Source of the DNA: an uncultured virus (IMG/VR IMGVR_UViG_3300013110_000368)
Lineage: Duplodnaviria; Heunggongvirae; Uroviricota; Caudoviricetes; Kyanoviridae
Direction: 5' to 3' (one strand)
DNA: 64,000 nucleotides
IMG/VR virus record: IMGVR_UViG_3300013110_000368
Of the stretch, positions 10,674-20,827 are shown in pieces. Made by a program: the position numbers and the translations under genes. Every line of letters begins with the position of its first letter. Within the stretch, counting starts at the first letter, position 1. The notes beneath the pieces were generated by a model. The model was not told the DNA's origin. It saw only the letters and a list, made by a program, of their open reading frames with translations, and did not search any database.

Positions 10674-12501
10674 CTTCCACCATCGTTACCGTTATATCGG
10701 CATCTTGAATAGTAATTACTTGTCTTGCTACTGGTTTGACATCTGCTTCATCGACATCTGCCGTGATATAAACATAGTCTGTACCGCCCGCAATGACATC
10801 AACCGCAACACCAGAAATAGTTATTTTTCCTGTTGTATAATCAACTGTACCTATATCGGCAAATATGATCGTTCCACCAGATGTCAAATTGATTACACCA
10901 TTGCTATCATCAGTGAAAATCACATTCCCACCATAGGATATATTATTGCAAACTGTAAATTCGTCGGATGTAACTGATCCCTTGACTATAGCACTTCCAT
11001 ATTTTAATGTGTCCTTACCAACCCAACCTTGAAGTTTGCCTAATGTGGGTTTAATTCGTTTTTTCAATTTGATTTTAGTAACATTACTCCGTATTGGATC
11101 ATCAGTATCATCAATCAAACCTACAAGTTGAGAATGTCGAAATATCGTACCAAATTTATTCAAAGTGCTGTTGTTGTAGTCTTTTATAGTTGTAGTAACA
11201 TTCTCTTTCATAGTTTCTGCTGGAATCAGTGATGTAGTTGAATTGTAATTGACTATAGTATCAACAATCACAAAAGTATAATCTGGATCACACACAACTG
11301 GTGTGATTGCCAATACCTTATACTTATTCAAAATAGTTTTAACATCTTCCTTTGATACATCAGTCAAAGTCAAACCTGTAACTGGTCTAATTGCAATATA
11401 GACCTTTCCATAATCAGGTGGATCGTTATCCTCTCCACCCCAAACAGAAACTGAACTGGCATTTGTATACTTATTAATTACTATTGACTTATAATCTTCA
11501 AGTGTAACTGCTCGATCTTGAGTTTTGAATGCTTTTGGTGCATTATACTTAATGGAATCAATAGTTTCAGCAACTGTACCACCCGTTGCGGCTGATGTTG
11601 CTTCTATAGTAGGTGTGACTGTACCCGTTGTACCAGCATCTGGTCTACTGTAAGATAATGCTGTTGCAATTGTAAATGGATTTGCCGTATCATTCCCTGC
11701 ACCATTTGCCACTGCACCTTCACTGGTCAAATACTCGACTGTAATTACATTACCCTGTGTTAATTTTGCCCCAAGAACACCATCACCAAAATAGATCTCG
11801 TATTTTCCATCTTCAACTTCCTGTAAAAAATAATTCTTGGATGTGCTGGTTAGGTTGGTTACATTTTCGTATAACGTCCAGAGATCATATGTTCCATCAC
11901 TGGCTGCATCTTTAATCTTGACGATCAAAGTCGATGTATCTAAATTATCAACAGGTATAATGTATTTTTCCTCAAACCCTGTTTGGTTGACCACAAAATC
12001 TATCGTACCCTGCTTACCCTGTTTCAACTTAACACCAGTTGCCGTATAAGTTCGATTTGCACCCGTATCTGTTGTAGTGGCCGTATAAGACTTTAGAGTG
12101 TAGAATATATATGATACATCATCCAGTTTTATAGTAAACTTGGTATATTGAGGTATGGTTATAGTTGCTGGACTGTCTATTGAAGTTTCAGCAGTAACAC
12201 ATTTTAATGTTACAGTTGCTTCTGCCCCCGTTGTGGACTGCGTAACATATCCCAAATGTTTTGCTATGGATACTGCCGATGAACGTTGCGAAACACTATC
12301 CAAAAACATTTCATTAGCAACCATATTCAAATAATAAGACATGTAGTGTGTGTTATAAGCAAGCACATCGGTCAAGACGGATAAACCAGCACCTTCAAAA
12401 TCATAGTCTGAAAATTCAGACTGTTTCTTCATGAAATCAACTATGTTGGTTTTGATCTTGTCAAAATCTAATTCAGTGATTCGTAATTTACTATTTTGCA
12501 T
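10663..12501 (-). CDS. gp6: Baseplate wedge subunit gp6
   Basis: ELDFDKIK...DYDFEGAGLSVLTDVLAYNTHY, QDRAVTLEDY and WGGEDNDPPDYGKVYI. Confidence 0.95.
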   Translation of the reverse strand: MQNSKLRITELDFDKIKTNIVDFMKKQSEFSDYDFEGAGLSVLTDVLAYNTHYMSYYLNMVANEMFLDSVSQRSSAVSIAKHLGYVTQSTTGAEATVTLKCVTAETSIDSPATITIPQYTKFTIKLDDVSYIFYTLKSYTATTTDTGANRTYTATGVKLKQGKQGTIDFVVNQTGFEEKYIIPVDNLDTSTLIVKIKDAASDGTYDLWTLYENVTNLTSTSKNYFLQEVEDGKYEIYFGDGVLGAKLTQGNVITVEYLTSEGAVANGAGNDTANPFTIATALSYSRPDAGTTGTVTPTIEATSAATGGTVAETIDSIKYNAPKAFKTQDRAVTLEDYKSIVINKYTNASSVSVWGGEDNDPPDYGKVYIAIRPVTGLTLTDVSKEDVKTILNKYKVLAITPVVCDPDYTFVIVDTIVNYNSTTSLIPAETMKENVTTTIKDYNNSTLNKFGTIFRHSQLVGLIDDTDDPIRSNVTKIKLKKRIKPTLGKLQGWVGKDTLKYGSAIVKGSVTSDEFTVCNNISYGGNVIFTDDSNGVINLTSGGTIIFADIGTVDYTTGKITISGVAVDVIAGGTDYVYITADVDEADVKPVARQVITIQDADITVTMVEDVT

Positions 12502-12502
12502 A

Positions 12503-12925
12503 TTATCTCAACCGTTCTAAAAAGAATTCTACTGCTGTTGGTTCTGGTAAATTGACAAAGGATACAATTAATGTAATTAAGTATCCATTGTTATCTGGAT
12601 CTGGATCAACCAATACTTGATTAACCAATGCTCTTGGTTCATAAGTATTTATAACATCTTCAATGCTGGTTTGTAATGCAATGGTAGTCTCTGGTACAAT
12701 GTTATCAAATAGCAAATTGTAGACATACGATCCAACCAATGGATTAAACAACTTTTCACCAATCCGAGTTAAGACTAAATTCTTTATACTCTGTTTTATT
12801 GCATTCTGGCCCTTTTTGGATACAACATCATTAGTAATCGGATTTCTTTTGAAATTCAAATCCAGATCTACAAATTGCCTGTTCTGAAATTTAGTGGTAT
12901 TCTTTTCTGTAACTGAATAGTTCAT
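12503..12925 (-). CDS. gp25: Baseplate wedge subunit gp25
   Basis: DLDLNF..NPITND...AIKQSIKNLVLTRIGEKLFNP..GS...YEPR. Confidence 0.95.
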   Translation of the reverse strand: MNYSVTEKNTTKFQNRQFVDLDLNFKRNPITNDVVSKKGQNAIKQSIKNLVLTRIGEKLFNPLVGSYVYNLLFDNIVPETTIALQTSIEDVINTYEPRALVNQVLVDPDPDNNGYLITLIVSFVNLPEPTAVEFFLERLR

Positions 12926-12928
12926 ATC

Positions 12929-13351
12929 CTATGCTCCAATTTTAACTGATCCTACCCCTGTCATGATTTTCGATGAACAAATGACAGGTGATCCCACCCT
13001 CGCAGTCTCAACACCATTTGTTTTAACCGTTTTACTACCACTCTTAGTATGGGGCATTAAACCACCATTATATGCCCCTGCATTAATAAATAACTCTGGT
13101 GAATATGGTGGTGATGCTTGAATGTGTGGTACTCTAACATCAAATTGCCTATGTACCCCCAAATTCTTATGTTTACATCCTATCTTAACATTTCCTGACG
13201 CAGAAAACATGTTTTTTGCATCTCCAGTTGTATACCCCAAAGGTGCAGATGGAAGCACTGCTGGGCCTGGAAGAAAAGCACCATGTGGGCTATCAATATT
13301 TCCCCAAACTGCTATTGGTCTTGTATCTGGTTTTTCAACTTTTTCTGTCAT
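12929..13351 (-). CDS. PAAR-like spike tip protein (gp5.4-like)
   Basis: GSKTVKTNGVETARVGSPVICSSKIMTGVGSVKIG C-terminus; located between gp5 and gp25. Confidence 0.7.
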   Translation of the reverse strand: MTEKVEKPDTRPIAVWGNIDSPHGAFLPGPAVLPSAPLGYTTGDAKNMFSASGNVKIGCKHKNLGVHRQFDVRVPHIQASPPYSPELFINAGAYNGGLMPHTKSGSKTVKTNGVETARVGSPVICSSKIMTGVGSVKIGA

Positions 13352-14598
13352 CCTAGTAACTCTATTTCCCTTATAACACCTGTATTGGTTCTCAACTGAA
13401 ACCCCAACCTAGCATCTATTTTAGTTTCACCGTATTTCATAAATCCCGATACTAATGGTATATTTGCCGAATCCCCACTAGTTTTTCTGAATGGCATATA
13501 CCAAGTTGCGGCTGGTACAAATTTCTCAGTATCACCAAAATAGTAAACATAAGAATCACCCGTAACCGCATCAAATTCTGTCTGTATTGGTAATTCTTCT
13601 ACTGGAATTAACTTATCCCGTACACCATCAAAATTCTGCCTAACATTCAAAGTGTAATCATTGGTATCTGTATATTCAGTAGAATCTGGTGTTCTCAATC
13701 CCAATGTGAAATTAAAGTCTTTCTCAAATTTGGATGATACCTCTACTGGCATAACTTGCTTCACATCATCAAATGAAACCGCAATTTGCCCATTAGTAGA
13801 TACGAAAGATCCTCTCCAATCTTCTTTGATCGTAGGATTCATATCATCATCAAAAGTCACCCTTCCATTATAGTAATCAAATTGACTAGGAACCTCTACT
13901 TCATAATCACCAAAAGTTAAAGTTTCCATTTCGGCCGAAAACTCATTTACAACAAATTTTGTTCGAGATTCTTCACCAACATTATAAGTCTCAATTTTTG
14001 CAATAGTTGAAAAACTATTTGTTGCTTGGTCGATAACCAAATCACCAACTTTGAAAACAGAACCACTATCCAAACTTTTGGTATACTTTATATTCATGAA
14101 TTCAAGTTGCCTTTGCATGTGCAACTTTTCAACTTCTTCCAATGTCGTATGGTCAAAGTTATCTTCACTGGCATATCCTTCAATTTTGTATGTATCTCCA
14201 TCCTTTACCAGAGATATGCCTTTGGGCAAACTTCCACTTACCAACTCAATAATTTCATCAGAACGACCACGAATATTATATTCAAGAGTCTTGCTAAATT
14301 TTAACTTATTTAATGCTCTATCATCAGCATAAAACGGAGCAACCATCGCACCATTGCTACGATACCCCATCTCACGCATCACATTATCATTATTCATATT
14401 AGCAGTAATAAGTGCTGTCAGTATTTCTGCTAATGAAGATTCCACACCCGTACTTAATTGTAAGAATCTTAATGGCACTTGTAAAACAGTACCATCTTCC
14501 ATGTACAGATCTATGTATAATATATTTGCCAATACTGAAAGATCCAGTATTTGCGACGAACCATCCTTGAGTGTAAACTCTAACGTATTAGTGGCCAT
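13348..14598 (-). CDS. Putative virion structural protein (Ig-like SGSLPxG motif)
   Basis: 416-aa ORF inside the baseplate operon; LVSGSLPKGISL motif. Confidence 0.5.
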   Translation of the reverse strand: MATNTLEFTLKDGSSQILDLSVLANILYIDLYMEDGTVLQVPLRFLQLSTGVESSLAEILTALITANMNNDNVMREMGYRSNGAMVAPFYADDRALNKLKFSKTLEYNIRGRSDEIIELVSGSLPKGISLVKDGDTYKIEGYASEDNFDHTTLEEVEKLHMQRQLEFMNIKYTKSLDSGSVFKVGDLVIDQATNSFSTIAKIETYNVGEESRTKFVVNEFSAEMETLTFGDYEVEVPSQFDYYNGRVTFDDDMNPTIKEDWRGSFVSTNGQIAVSFDDVKQVMPVEVSSKFEKDFNFTLGLRTPDSTEYTDTNDYTLNVRQNFDGVRDKLIPVEELPIQTEFDAVTGDSYVYYFGDTEKFVPAATWYMPFRKTSGDSANIPLVSGFMKYGETKIDARLGFQLRTNTGVIREIELLG

Positions 14599-14915
14599 TC
14601 AATTTCACTCTGTTCTATGTATTCCTCATCACCAACCACAATCTCACCTTTACTATCTACAACTGGATTCAACCAAATGGAAAATTGTTCTTTCAACTCA
14701 GGATCAATACCCTTGCCACTATTTAGTACCATATGTTCCTCGCAATCAACTTGAAATTTACCCCTAACTTTGAGGTTGAGATCCATATTGATAACAATTT
14801 CATTCTTTTCTGCATCATATTCTATAATTTTCTTTTCTGCAAGAACACTTAACGCATTCAAAACATCTTTATCCAACTTCATTAACTGGTGCATACGCAA
14901 GTTACCTCTCCACAT
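14580..14915 (-). CDS. Hypothetical protein in the baseplate operon
   Basis: ORF packed between gp5 and the next gene. Confidence 0.5.
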   Translation of the reverse strand: MWRGNLRMHQLMKLDKDVLNALSVLAEKKIIEYDAEKNEIVINMDLNLKVRGKFQVDCEEHMVLNSGKGIDPELKEQFSIWLNPVVDSKGEIVVGDEEYIEQSEIEWPLIR

Positions 14916-16441
14916 GTCTCACAGCAATTTGTCATTTTTGGTGTCTCCGTTGAAACAGGTATAACATTATCAACTGGTTCTGGTTCTGGTTCATCATCTT
15001 TGAAATAACTTAACACCTTGCCACTTTCCACTAAAGTTATGGCATCATCCAACGATGTAACAGTATGTGTCACACCATCATCATCAACCACCTCTAAACT
15101 TCCACCTTCAGATTCCAATGCATCTTTCAATTCAACATCAACATTCACCTTTTCCTTTTTTAATACAGTTTCAATTTCAGTTTTCATACCAGCATATTCA
15201 GGCCCAACCGTAGAACCAGTTCTTTCCAAAAATTCCTTAAAATCTTCTTTCAGACCTAATTTCTCTGGAAGTTCGATATTAGTTGTCTGTGATGTATTTT
15301 TACCTACCAAATTGAATATCTTAGTTAGTAATTTTAACATATCCAATGCATTAAAATTTGCTTTCAACTCATCAAGCATATCCGTACCACATTCAGCAGG
15401 GCCAAGAAACATAGTTTTCTTTGCATTAAATCCACCTAAGATGGTTGCCCTTAAAAGTGCCAATGAATTGACAGGTGGATTTTCCCGAACAACAACAGAA
15501 TCACTTTTAGAACTTGGTACATCAACCATCAATGCATCTGGTGATATTCCAGCTGGAGCCACAAACGGTGAACCAATTGCCCCATGCAAAATTGCACCAC
15601 CCAATTTAGGATCTGTACTCAAAAATGGTGCTGATACAAATGCACCAACAGGTGATTCTACTAACACACCCAAATCACCCTTGATTCTCACTTGCTGTCC
15701 TTCTAATCTTATAATCCTACCTTTAATATTAACATCATTATCAGCAGTGATATTAACCGAACCCTTAGTGTAAATGTTATTATTCTTTACTACAATAGAA
15801 TAATTATCACCCATGACCTTTGCGACTCTATCACCCGTAGAACCCATAACATCAACTGTACCAGATTTATGTGCAACTGCGATCCTTTCTTTTCCTTCTG
15901 TATCATCTATCTCATGTACATGCCCTGATTGACTTTCTTCCACTCTATTATAGGGATATTCAGCACCATATTCCAACTCTTTGAGTTCCCATGATTCATT
16001 TAATGACCCTGCAACCGCAATCTTACCCATTGATTCATAATTATCTACATAGGTATCTGTTTTATCACCTCTTGCTAACCTATTGACATTTACTTCACCC
16101 GTTGATATTTTAGATTTACCCCAACTAGGTTCTGGTGTAATCGTTGGATCATCTGCCGTTTTATAACCAGCATCAATAACATGTGTCATTATCGGTTGCT
16201 GTGCATTTTCACCATCGGCAAAGAACCCCATCACCCACGTACCCTCTACGGGGCCAATAGGTGAATCACTCGGTCTAGTATTAATAGGCATTGCTGGATA
16301 GGCAAAGGGAAGATCTTCTGTCGGAATTTCCGATTTGTCATCTGTATGGTATCCAAGTATACGTACCTTACACCTGCCCAACTTCAACGGATCTTTCCGA
16401 TCTTCAACCTTCCCCTTCCACCAGACGAAAGTAGGATTCAT
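14882..16441 (-). CDS. gp5: Baseplate hub/spike protein gp5 (OB-fold plus beta-helix, no lysozyme domain evident)
   Basis: WWKGKVEDRKDPLKLGRCKVRILGYH...LPFA, GTWVMGFFADGENAQQP and YPYNRVEESQSGHVHEIDDT. Confidence 0.92.
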   Translation of the reverse strand: MNPTFVWWKGKVEDRKDPLKLGRCKVRILGYHTDDKSEIPTEDLPFAYPAMPINTRPSDSPIGPVEGTWVMGFFADGENAQQPIMTHVIDAGYKTADDPTITPEPSWGKSKISTGEVNVNRLARGDKTDTYVDNYESMGKIAVAGSLNESWELKELEYGAEYPYNRVEESQSGHVHEIDDTEGKERIAVAHKSGTVDVMGSTGDRVAKVMGDNYSIVVKNNNIYTKGSVNITADNDVNIKGRIIRLEGQQVRIKGDLGVLVESPVGAFVSAPFLSTDPKLGGAILHGAIGSPFVAPAGISPDALMVDVPSSKSDSVVVRENPPVNSLALLRATILGGFNAKKTMFLGPAECGTDMLDELKANFNALDMLKLLTKIFNLVGKNTSQTTNIELPEKLGLKEDFKEFLERTGSTVGPEYAGMKTEIETVLKKEKVNVDVELKDALESEGGSLEVVDDDGVTHTVTSLDDAITLVESGKVLSYFKDDEPEPEPVDNVIPVSTETPKMTNCCETCGEVTCVCTS

Positions 16442-16596
16442 TTACTATTTTTCCTACCCCTTTTTCTATTGGCTATATAACCAGTTGTAGATAACTTCTT
16501 GCGACGATCATACCTTTTATAATCGGCATGGTCTTTCAAGTGTGGATATTTCTTATCAAATTCCTTTGCCGTTAGTGTTTTTTTAGTTTTGTCCAC
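16438..16596 (-). CDS. Small basic hypothetical protein (HLKDHADYK motif)
   Basis: GTG at 16596 preceded by GGGGAG; shares a motif with the ORF at 57722..57892. Confidence 0.55.
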   Translation of the reverse strand: MDKTKKTLTAKEFDKKYPHLKDHADYKRYDRRKKLSTTGYIANRKRGRKNSK

Positions 16597-17635
16597 GTTG
16601 CCAATCTCCCCTTGTTGTTTCCATATCACCAACATCATCTTTGTCTTTTGGGTAATCAATACCTACCACTTTTGGTGGATTGCTCCACAACCCCTTGGTG
16701 GCATCACTTCTTGGTACATTATCCTTAATCCAATCCAATACCTGTTGATTAACTTCACCCTGATCGTTCCAACCTTTACCTTCTGGTTTTAAGGTAAGAT
16801 AAGTAAAGTCTTTTATTGTACTGGTCTTAGTTCCATCTGGTCTTTCCCAAAATATAGTATTTTCTCGATTTGCCAAAATAACATGAACTCCACCACCAAG
16901 ACTAGGAACACCCTTGCTCTTGATTAGACCATACATGGTATTCGCAGCTCCTTCATGAGTTTGCAAAAGTATATCATCAGGAACAACCCTTTCACGTTCT
17001 GCATTTGCCTTAACTGCTACATGGTAGTTGGCCAGTACCCACACCAAATGAATGTTCCTTGCTTCGTATCCGACACCCGTAAGTTTAGGTATAACTTCTG
17101 TAATATCTTCGGTTTCTTTAAGTGTGATGTCAAATAGAATATTAGGCAAATGTCTCTTGTTGAGATCTTGTAATAGCAATTTCAAACTCTTATCCTTAAC
17201 CCCAATCTTCTTGACTGCCATATGAAGTGCAAAAACATGCTCTGGATTTTTCAAATCCAAATCACCCAACAACCTACCCTTTTTATCCATATATTTTGGA
17301 TTTATATTGCCTTCCCAATCAGTTGAATCTTTTTGAATCCTAGAAATGGCCATAAATGCCTTTTTCCATTCATCAACATCTCTGATCTTAAATTTTTCAC
17401 CTTCCATGAAATTCTTAGTGGCAAATCCCTTACCAGAACCAGCACCACCAGCAAGAAAAACTGCTTGCCCGTACTTCTTACCCTGATTGAACTGAATCAA
17501 CTTTTCGTCAATCTGTTCCTGATTCCCATTCATATGGGCAATCACTAAATCCATTGTTGTTTTGAAATGCTGTGATCTATCCAACAGCACATCTGCTGAT
17601 GTTTCCACCAACTTTGAAAATTCTTTCGATAGCAT
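16583..17635 (-). CDS. P-loop kinase, zeta-toxin-like
   Basis: AVFLAGGAGSGKG Walker A, DVDEWK, ILFDIT and NAERERVVP motifs. Confidence 0.7.
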   Translation of the reverse strand: MLSKEFSKLVETSADVLLDRSQHFKTTMDLVIAHMNGNQEQIDEKLIQFNQGKKYGQAVFLAGGAGSGKGFATKNFMEGEKFKIRDVDEWKKAFMAISRIQKDSTDWEGNINPKYMDKKGRLLGDLDLKNPEHVFALHMAVKKIGVKDKSLKLLLQDLNKRHLPNILFDITLKETEDITEVIPKLTGVGYEARNIHLVWVLANYHVAVKANAERERVVPDDILLQTHEGAANTMYGLIKSKGVPSLGGGVHVILANRENTIFWERPDGTKTSTIKDFTYLTLKPEGKGWNDQGEVNQQVLDWIKDNVPRSDATKGLWSNPPKVVGIDYPKDKDDVGDMETTRGDWQRGQN

Positions 17636-17644
17636 TTTAATCTC

Positions 17645-18952
17645 CTATTCTGTCGGTAATGAACTAAAATATGAATCTTTGACAACTTCCATCACCATCA
17701 GATGGCTGGCATTGTCTATTTTATGTCGTAACGCTGTAACCAAATATCTTCCATTATATAATTTATCCATTGGAACCGTACCATCTATAACTGGTTCAAC
17801 TGATGGTAATTCTAAATCCAATACATCCCCAACCTTTCTGGTGGTGTCACCTGATATGGTAATATTTAGTTTGATGTTATTTAATTGTTGCATCTGTGAA
17901 ATTCTATTCTGCAATGTCTTTTCGTAATAAGTATTGGTATCATTGAACCGACTAACCAGAGTTTGTTTGCTTAATGGGCTGGAAGTTAATTCATCAGCAG
18001 TTTCATGTACCATCATACTTGAGCCCTGCCCACTCATATTTTGAGTATCTGATAATCTCCAATTATTTGTTTTCTTATTATCTTCCAAGTGTGTCATCTT
18101 GGAATACTCTTTGCCATAATCATAATCCAACGTTTCTGTTTTTCGATTTATCATATCATGAATGACCAATCTATTGGCATACATTCCATTGGGTATATTA
18201 GCCACCATATCAAATGAATTGACAATCTCTATTCGATTCACAATCCTATACTGTTCTTCGTCTGGATTACCATCACTAACATTTGCTGGTTTCCGTGTGT
18301 ACACACCAACACTTTCTTCTTCGGCAAGTGATTCTAACGACCTAAAATGAAAACCATCTCTGGTTTCATAAAACATATAATTAGCCCCATCTCGGTGTTC
18401 TGCCATAGATCTCTTTGCTAACCAATTCATAGCATCAAAAGGTTTCCAATTGGGTATCACTATATCATAAACATTTTGAGTTTCTTCGATGTCAAGGTTC
18501 TTATCTGATTCCAAGTCTGTTCTAAATATCTTTTCGGCAATAGTTGATGTAGTACTTTTTGGAAATGATCGACTGACTGCACCCTTTAAGTTCATAAAAA
18601 ATTCATCAGATAGCAAATGTATATTGTACCTTCTCATGCCTATATTCGGGCTATTGACACCTGTAACTTTATAAATTCTGAATTTCTTTATTTGCACCCT
18701 CTCTATATTAGGTGTTCCCATAGTTATATGCACTTCTTCATGCCCAACAATTGGAAAATTGGAAATCAAATTCCCAGTATCACCAATACTCATATTCCCT
18801 GTTAAAGTATTAGTAAATATATCCTCAAACAAATTAAAAGAATCCACCATGTTGCTAATATCCATAGTTCGATCTACACTTACCGACTTCAACATTATCT
18901 CACTAAGTGTTATCCTACCACCAACAATGGTATCTGGCCTATTACTAAGCAT
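17645..18952 (-). CDS. Baseplate hub protein (gp27-like)
   Basis: FNLFEDIF...G.MSI.D...PIVGHE, IPNWKPFDAMNWLA, FYETRDGFHFRSLE and GRYLVTALRH; lies between gp53 and gp5. Confidence 0.75.
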   Translation of the reverse strand: MLSNRPDTIVGGRITLSEIMLKSVSVDRTMDISNMVDSFNLFEDIFTNTLTGNMSIGDTGNLISNFPIVGHEEVHITMGTPNIERVQIKKFRIYKVTGVNSPNIGMRRYNIHLLSDEFFMNLKGAVSRSFPKSTTSTIAEKIFRTDLESDKNLDIEETQNVYDIVIPNWKPFDAMNWLAKRSMAEHRDGANYMFYETRDGFHFRSLESLAEEESVGVYTRKPANVSDGNPDEEQYRIVNRIEIVNSFDMVANIPNGMYANRLVIHDMINRKTETLDYDYGKEYSKMTHLEDNKKTNNWRLSDTQNMSGQGSSMMVHETADELTSSPLSKQTLVSRFNDTNTYYEKTLQNRISQMQQLNNIKLNITISGDTTRKVGDVLDLELPSVEPVIDGTVPMDKLYNGRYLVTALRHKIDNASHLMVMEVVKDSYFSSLPTE

Positions 18953-19718
18953 TCATCAATTCCTCAAAGTTCTGTTCAAACTGCTGTAAATATATTCCAT
19001 CCAACACCATAACTTCTCGTTTCTTTTCGTTCTCGTTATTTTCAAAGGTTTCGTTGGTTATTTCCGATGCACCTGTATGGGATCTTCCAACAATAATACC
19101 ATCTGCACTTTCATAATGATGTACTCCAGCACGTTCAGTAGTAACTCCACCTGTGGCAATCTTTCCAACTGCACCACTATCATCACCCTTTACAAATGCA
19201 CCAGTATCAAACGCATTGTCAGTCAACTTATAAGTCAATTGAATTAGGGTAGCATCAAAATCCACCACAGTTCCTGTTCCATTTAACAACGTACCATCTG
19301 CCAGATATTCTTTTATAACTTCACCCTTGACAAAAAACCTCTTTGCTGATGGATCAACATCTCCATATGTAGTATCAGAATGATGTGTCGATTCCAATAG
19401 TAAATTACTATCTGGATATTTCAAATCTATAAATTCATTCAATGTCCTTTCTTCTACCACCCAATCATGATATGGATCAATAATGGTATTCATGTGCAAC
19501 ATAATCCAATGTGAGAGTATATCACCATAAGCAGAATATGCCGAAAATTCTGGTCGTTCACTGGCAGAAAGAATACTCTTATAGTAAGTTGGTAATAATT
19601 TCTTAAAATCACCACGAATACCAATCCGTTTCAAAAGATTAGTAATTTCTCTGGTCTTACTATCCTTACCAATATCATAGTCCACCTTCGGAAATGTACC
19701 AAAATAGTCTATTGCCAT
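18945..19718 (-). CDS. gp53: Baseplate wedge subunit gp53
   Basis: YFGTFPKVDY, ERPE...YGD..HWIML..N.IIDPYHDW, VHHYE and NEKKREV. Confidence 0.9.
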   Translation of the reverse strand: MAIDYFGTFPKVDYDIGKDSKTREITNLLKRIGIRGDFKKLLPTYYKSILSASERPEFSAYSAYGDILSHWIMLHMNTIIDPYHDWVVEERTLNEFIDLKYPDSNLLLESTHHSDTTYGDVDPSAKRFFVKGEVIKEYLADGTLLNGTGTVVDFDATLIQLTYKLTDNAFDTGAFVKGDDSGAVGKIATGGVTTERAGVHHYESADGIIVGRSHTGASEITNETFENNENEKKREVMVLDGIYLQQFEQNFEELMNA

Positions 19719-19729
19719 GATTTCTCCTA

Positions 19730-20773
19730 TTAATTCTCCCAGACAGGTTGTGTTTCATTTTCAATACTTTGCTTTGTAACATATTCCATCTCTCTAAATG
19801 AAAGAGTTATTTCAATATCAACTGGTGCTAGGTTACTGTGATATGAAGGTGTATTTGATGCAAAATGATTAACATCTACTTTCTCCAACACACATCTTTT
19901 TACTGTAGGAAGCCATTCCGATTCATAAACTTGCCCATCACGATTGGGATCTGCTTGGAAAAATCTAATTCTCCAAGTTGATGGATACCTATACATCAAG
20001 GCATGATCTGTTGCAAGGCCAGGTGAAGAATGCCACCTAAACGTTTTAATTATTTTATTAATGGTAATAGTATCCTTTTTCTCAAATGCAATCAACTTAT
20101 GCTTAAATGAAAAAGTCCTGTACTCTACCCCTTGGAAAAACTGAGACTCAAAGGGTCTGAGAGCATGTCCATGTTGCCTATCCCAACTCTTTCTTAGATT
20201 TTCGGGAGTTATCAAACCCTTAGTAAGTAATTCTGCTACTTCACCTACTACCTTTGTTGAAATGTTTTTCGTGGCTTCGGAAGCTATACCAGATAAAGCT
20301 TTATCCACACCTATCTCACTTGCTTTAGCAACAATATCCTCACCTGTATCCCATTTTGCTGAAACAGAATCAGTTAAATCACTTGGCATATGTAAATTTA
20401 CTTGGAGTGGATTTGGAACCACCGACCCCAACGACATAGAAGATGACCCATATGCACCACCACGACCATGTGTATCATTCATCCCTGCCTGTGGTTTTCC
20501 ATGAGCATAAGGCATGTAATTAACGAATCCTAATGGATCTCCTGTAATAGAATTAGGATAACTATGAGCTCCAGATAGATTTGTAACATTTGTATTCTTA
20601 CCATCTGGATTTCTAGGATAACCAGATCGAGTTGGGGTTGACGTATCAACTTGATTTGTCACTCGGTTTTTCAAATCAGTCGCAACGGCATCCGTATAAT
20701 TCTTCGCAGAATCATACACTCCTACGACTGTATCCACAGCCCCTTGGTAAAATGCCTTTTCATTTGCACTCAT
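19730..20773 (-). CDS. gp48: Baseplate tail-tube cap gp48-like
   Basis: LHMPS, FQGVEYRTFSFKHKL, IIKTFRWH..P, YP..W.I.F and CVLEKVDVN...ITLSFREME. Confidence 0.85.
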   Translation of the reverse strand: MSANEKAFYQGAVDTVVGVYDSAKNYTDAVATDLKNRVTNQVDTSTPTRSGYPRNPDGKNTNVTNLSGAHSYPNSITGDPLGFVNYMPYAHGKPQAGMNDTHGRGGAYGSSSMSLGSVVPNPLQVNLHMPSDLTDSVSAKWDTGEDIVAKASEIGVDKALSGIASEATKNISTKVVGEVAELLTKGLITPENLRKSWDRQHGHALRPFESQFFQGVEYRTFSFKHKLIAFEKKDTITINKIIKTFRWHSSPGLATDHALMYRYPSTWRIRFFQADPNRDGQVYESEWLPTVKRCVLEKVDVNHFASNTPSYHSNLAPVDIEITLSFREMEYVTKQSIENETQPVWEN

Positions 20774-20793
20774 AACATTATCCTCCTTTATTC

Positions 20794-20801
20794 TATTTAT
20801 A
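20794..20801 (-). promoter_or_regulatory. T4-type late promoter TATAAATA (drives the gp48/baseplate operon)
   Basis: tatttata on the plus strand just upstream of gp48; gp55 and gp33 are present in the window. Confidence 0.75.
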
Positions 20802-20814
20802 AGTATCGTGAACT

Positions 20815-20822
20815 TATAAATA
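20815..20822 (+). promoter_or_regulatory. T4-type late promoter TATAAATA (drives gp4)
   Basis: Exact TATAAATA immediately upstream of the gp4 ATG at 20828. Confidence 0.75.
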
Positions 20823-20827
20823 TGATT

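Noticed and set aside
15018..15773. 251-aa plus-strand ORF
   Set aside because: Antisense shadow of gp5
20651..20827. N-terminal extension of gp4
   Set aside because: It overlaps gp48 on the opposite strand and the late promoters; the conserved start is MAYSGKY
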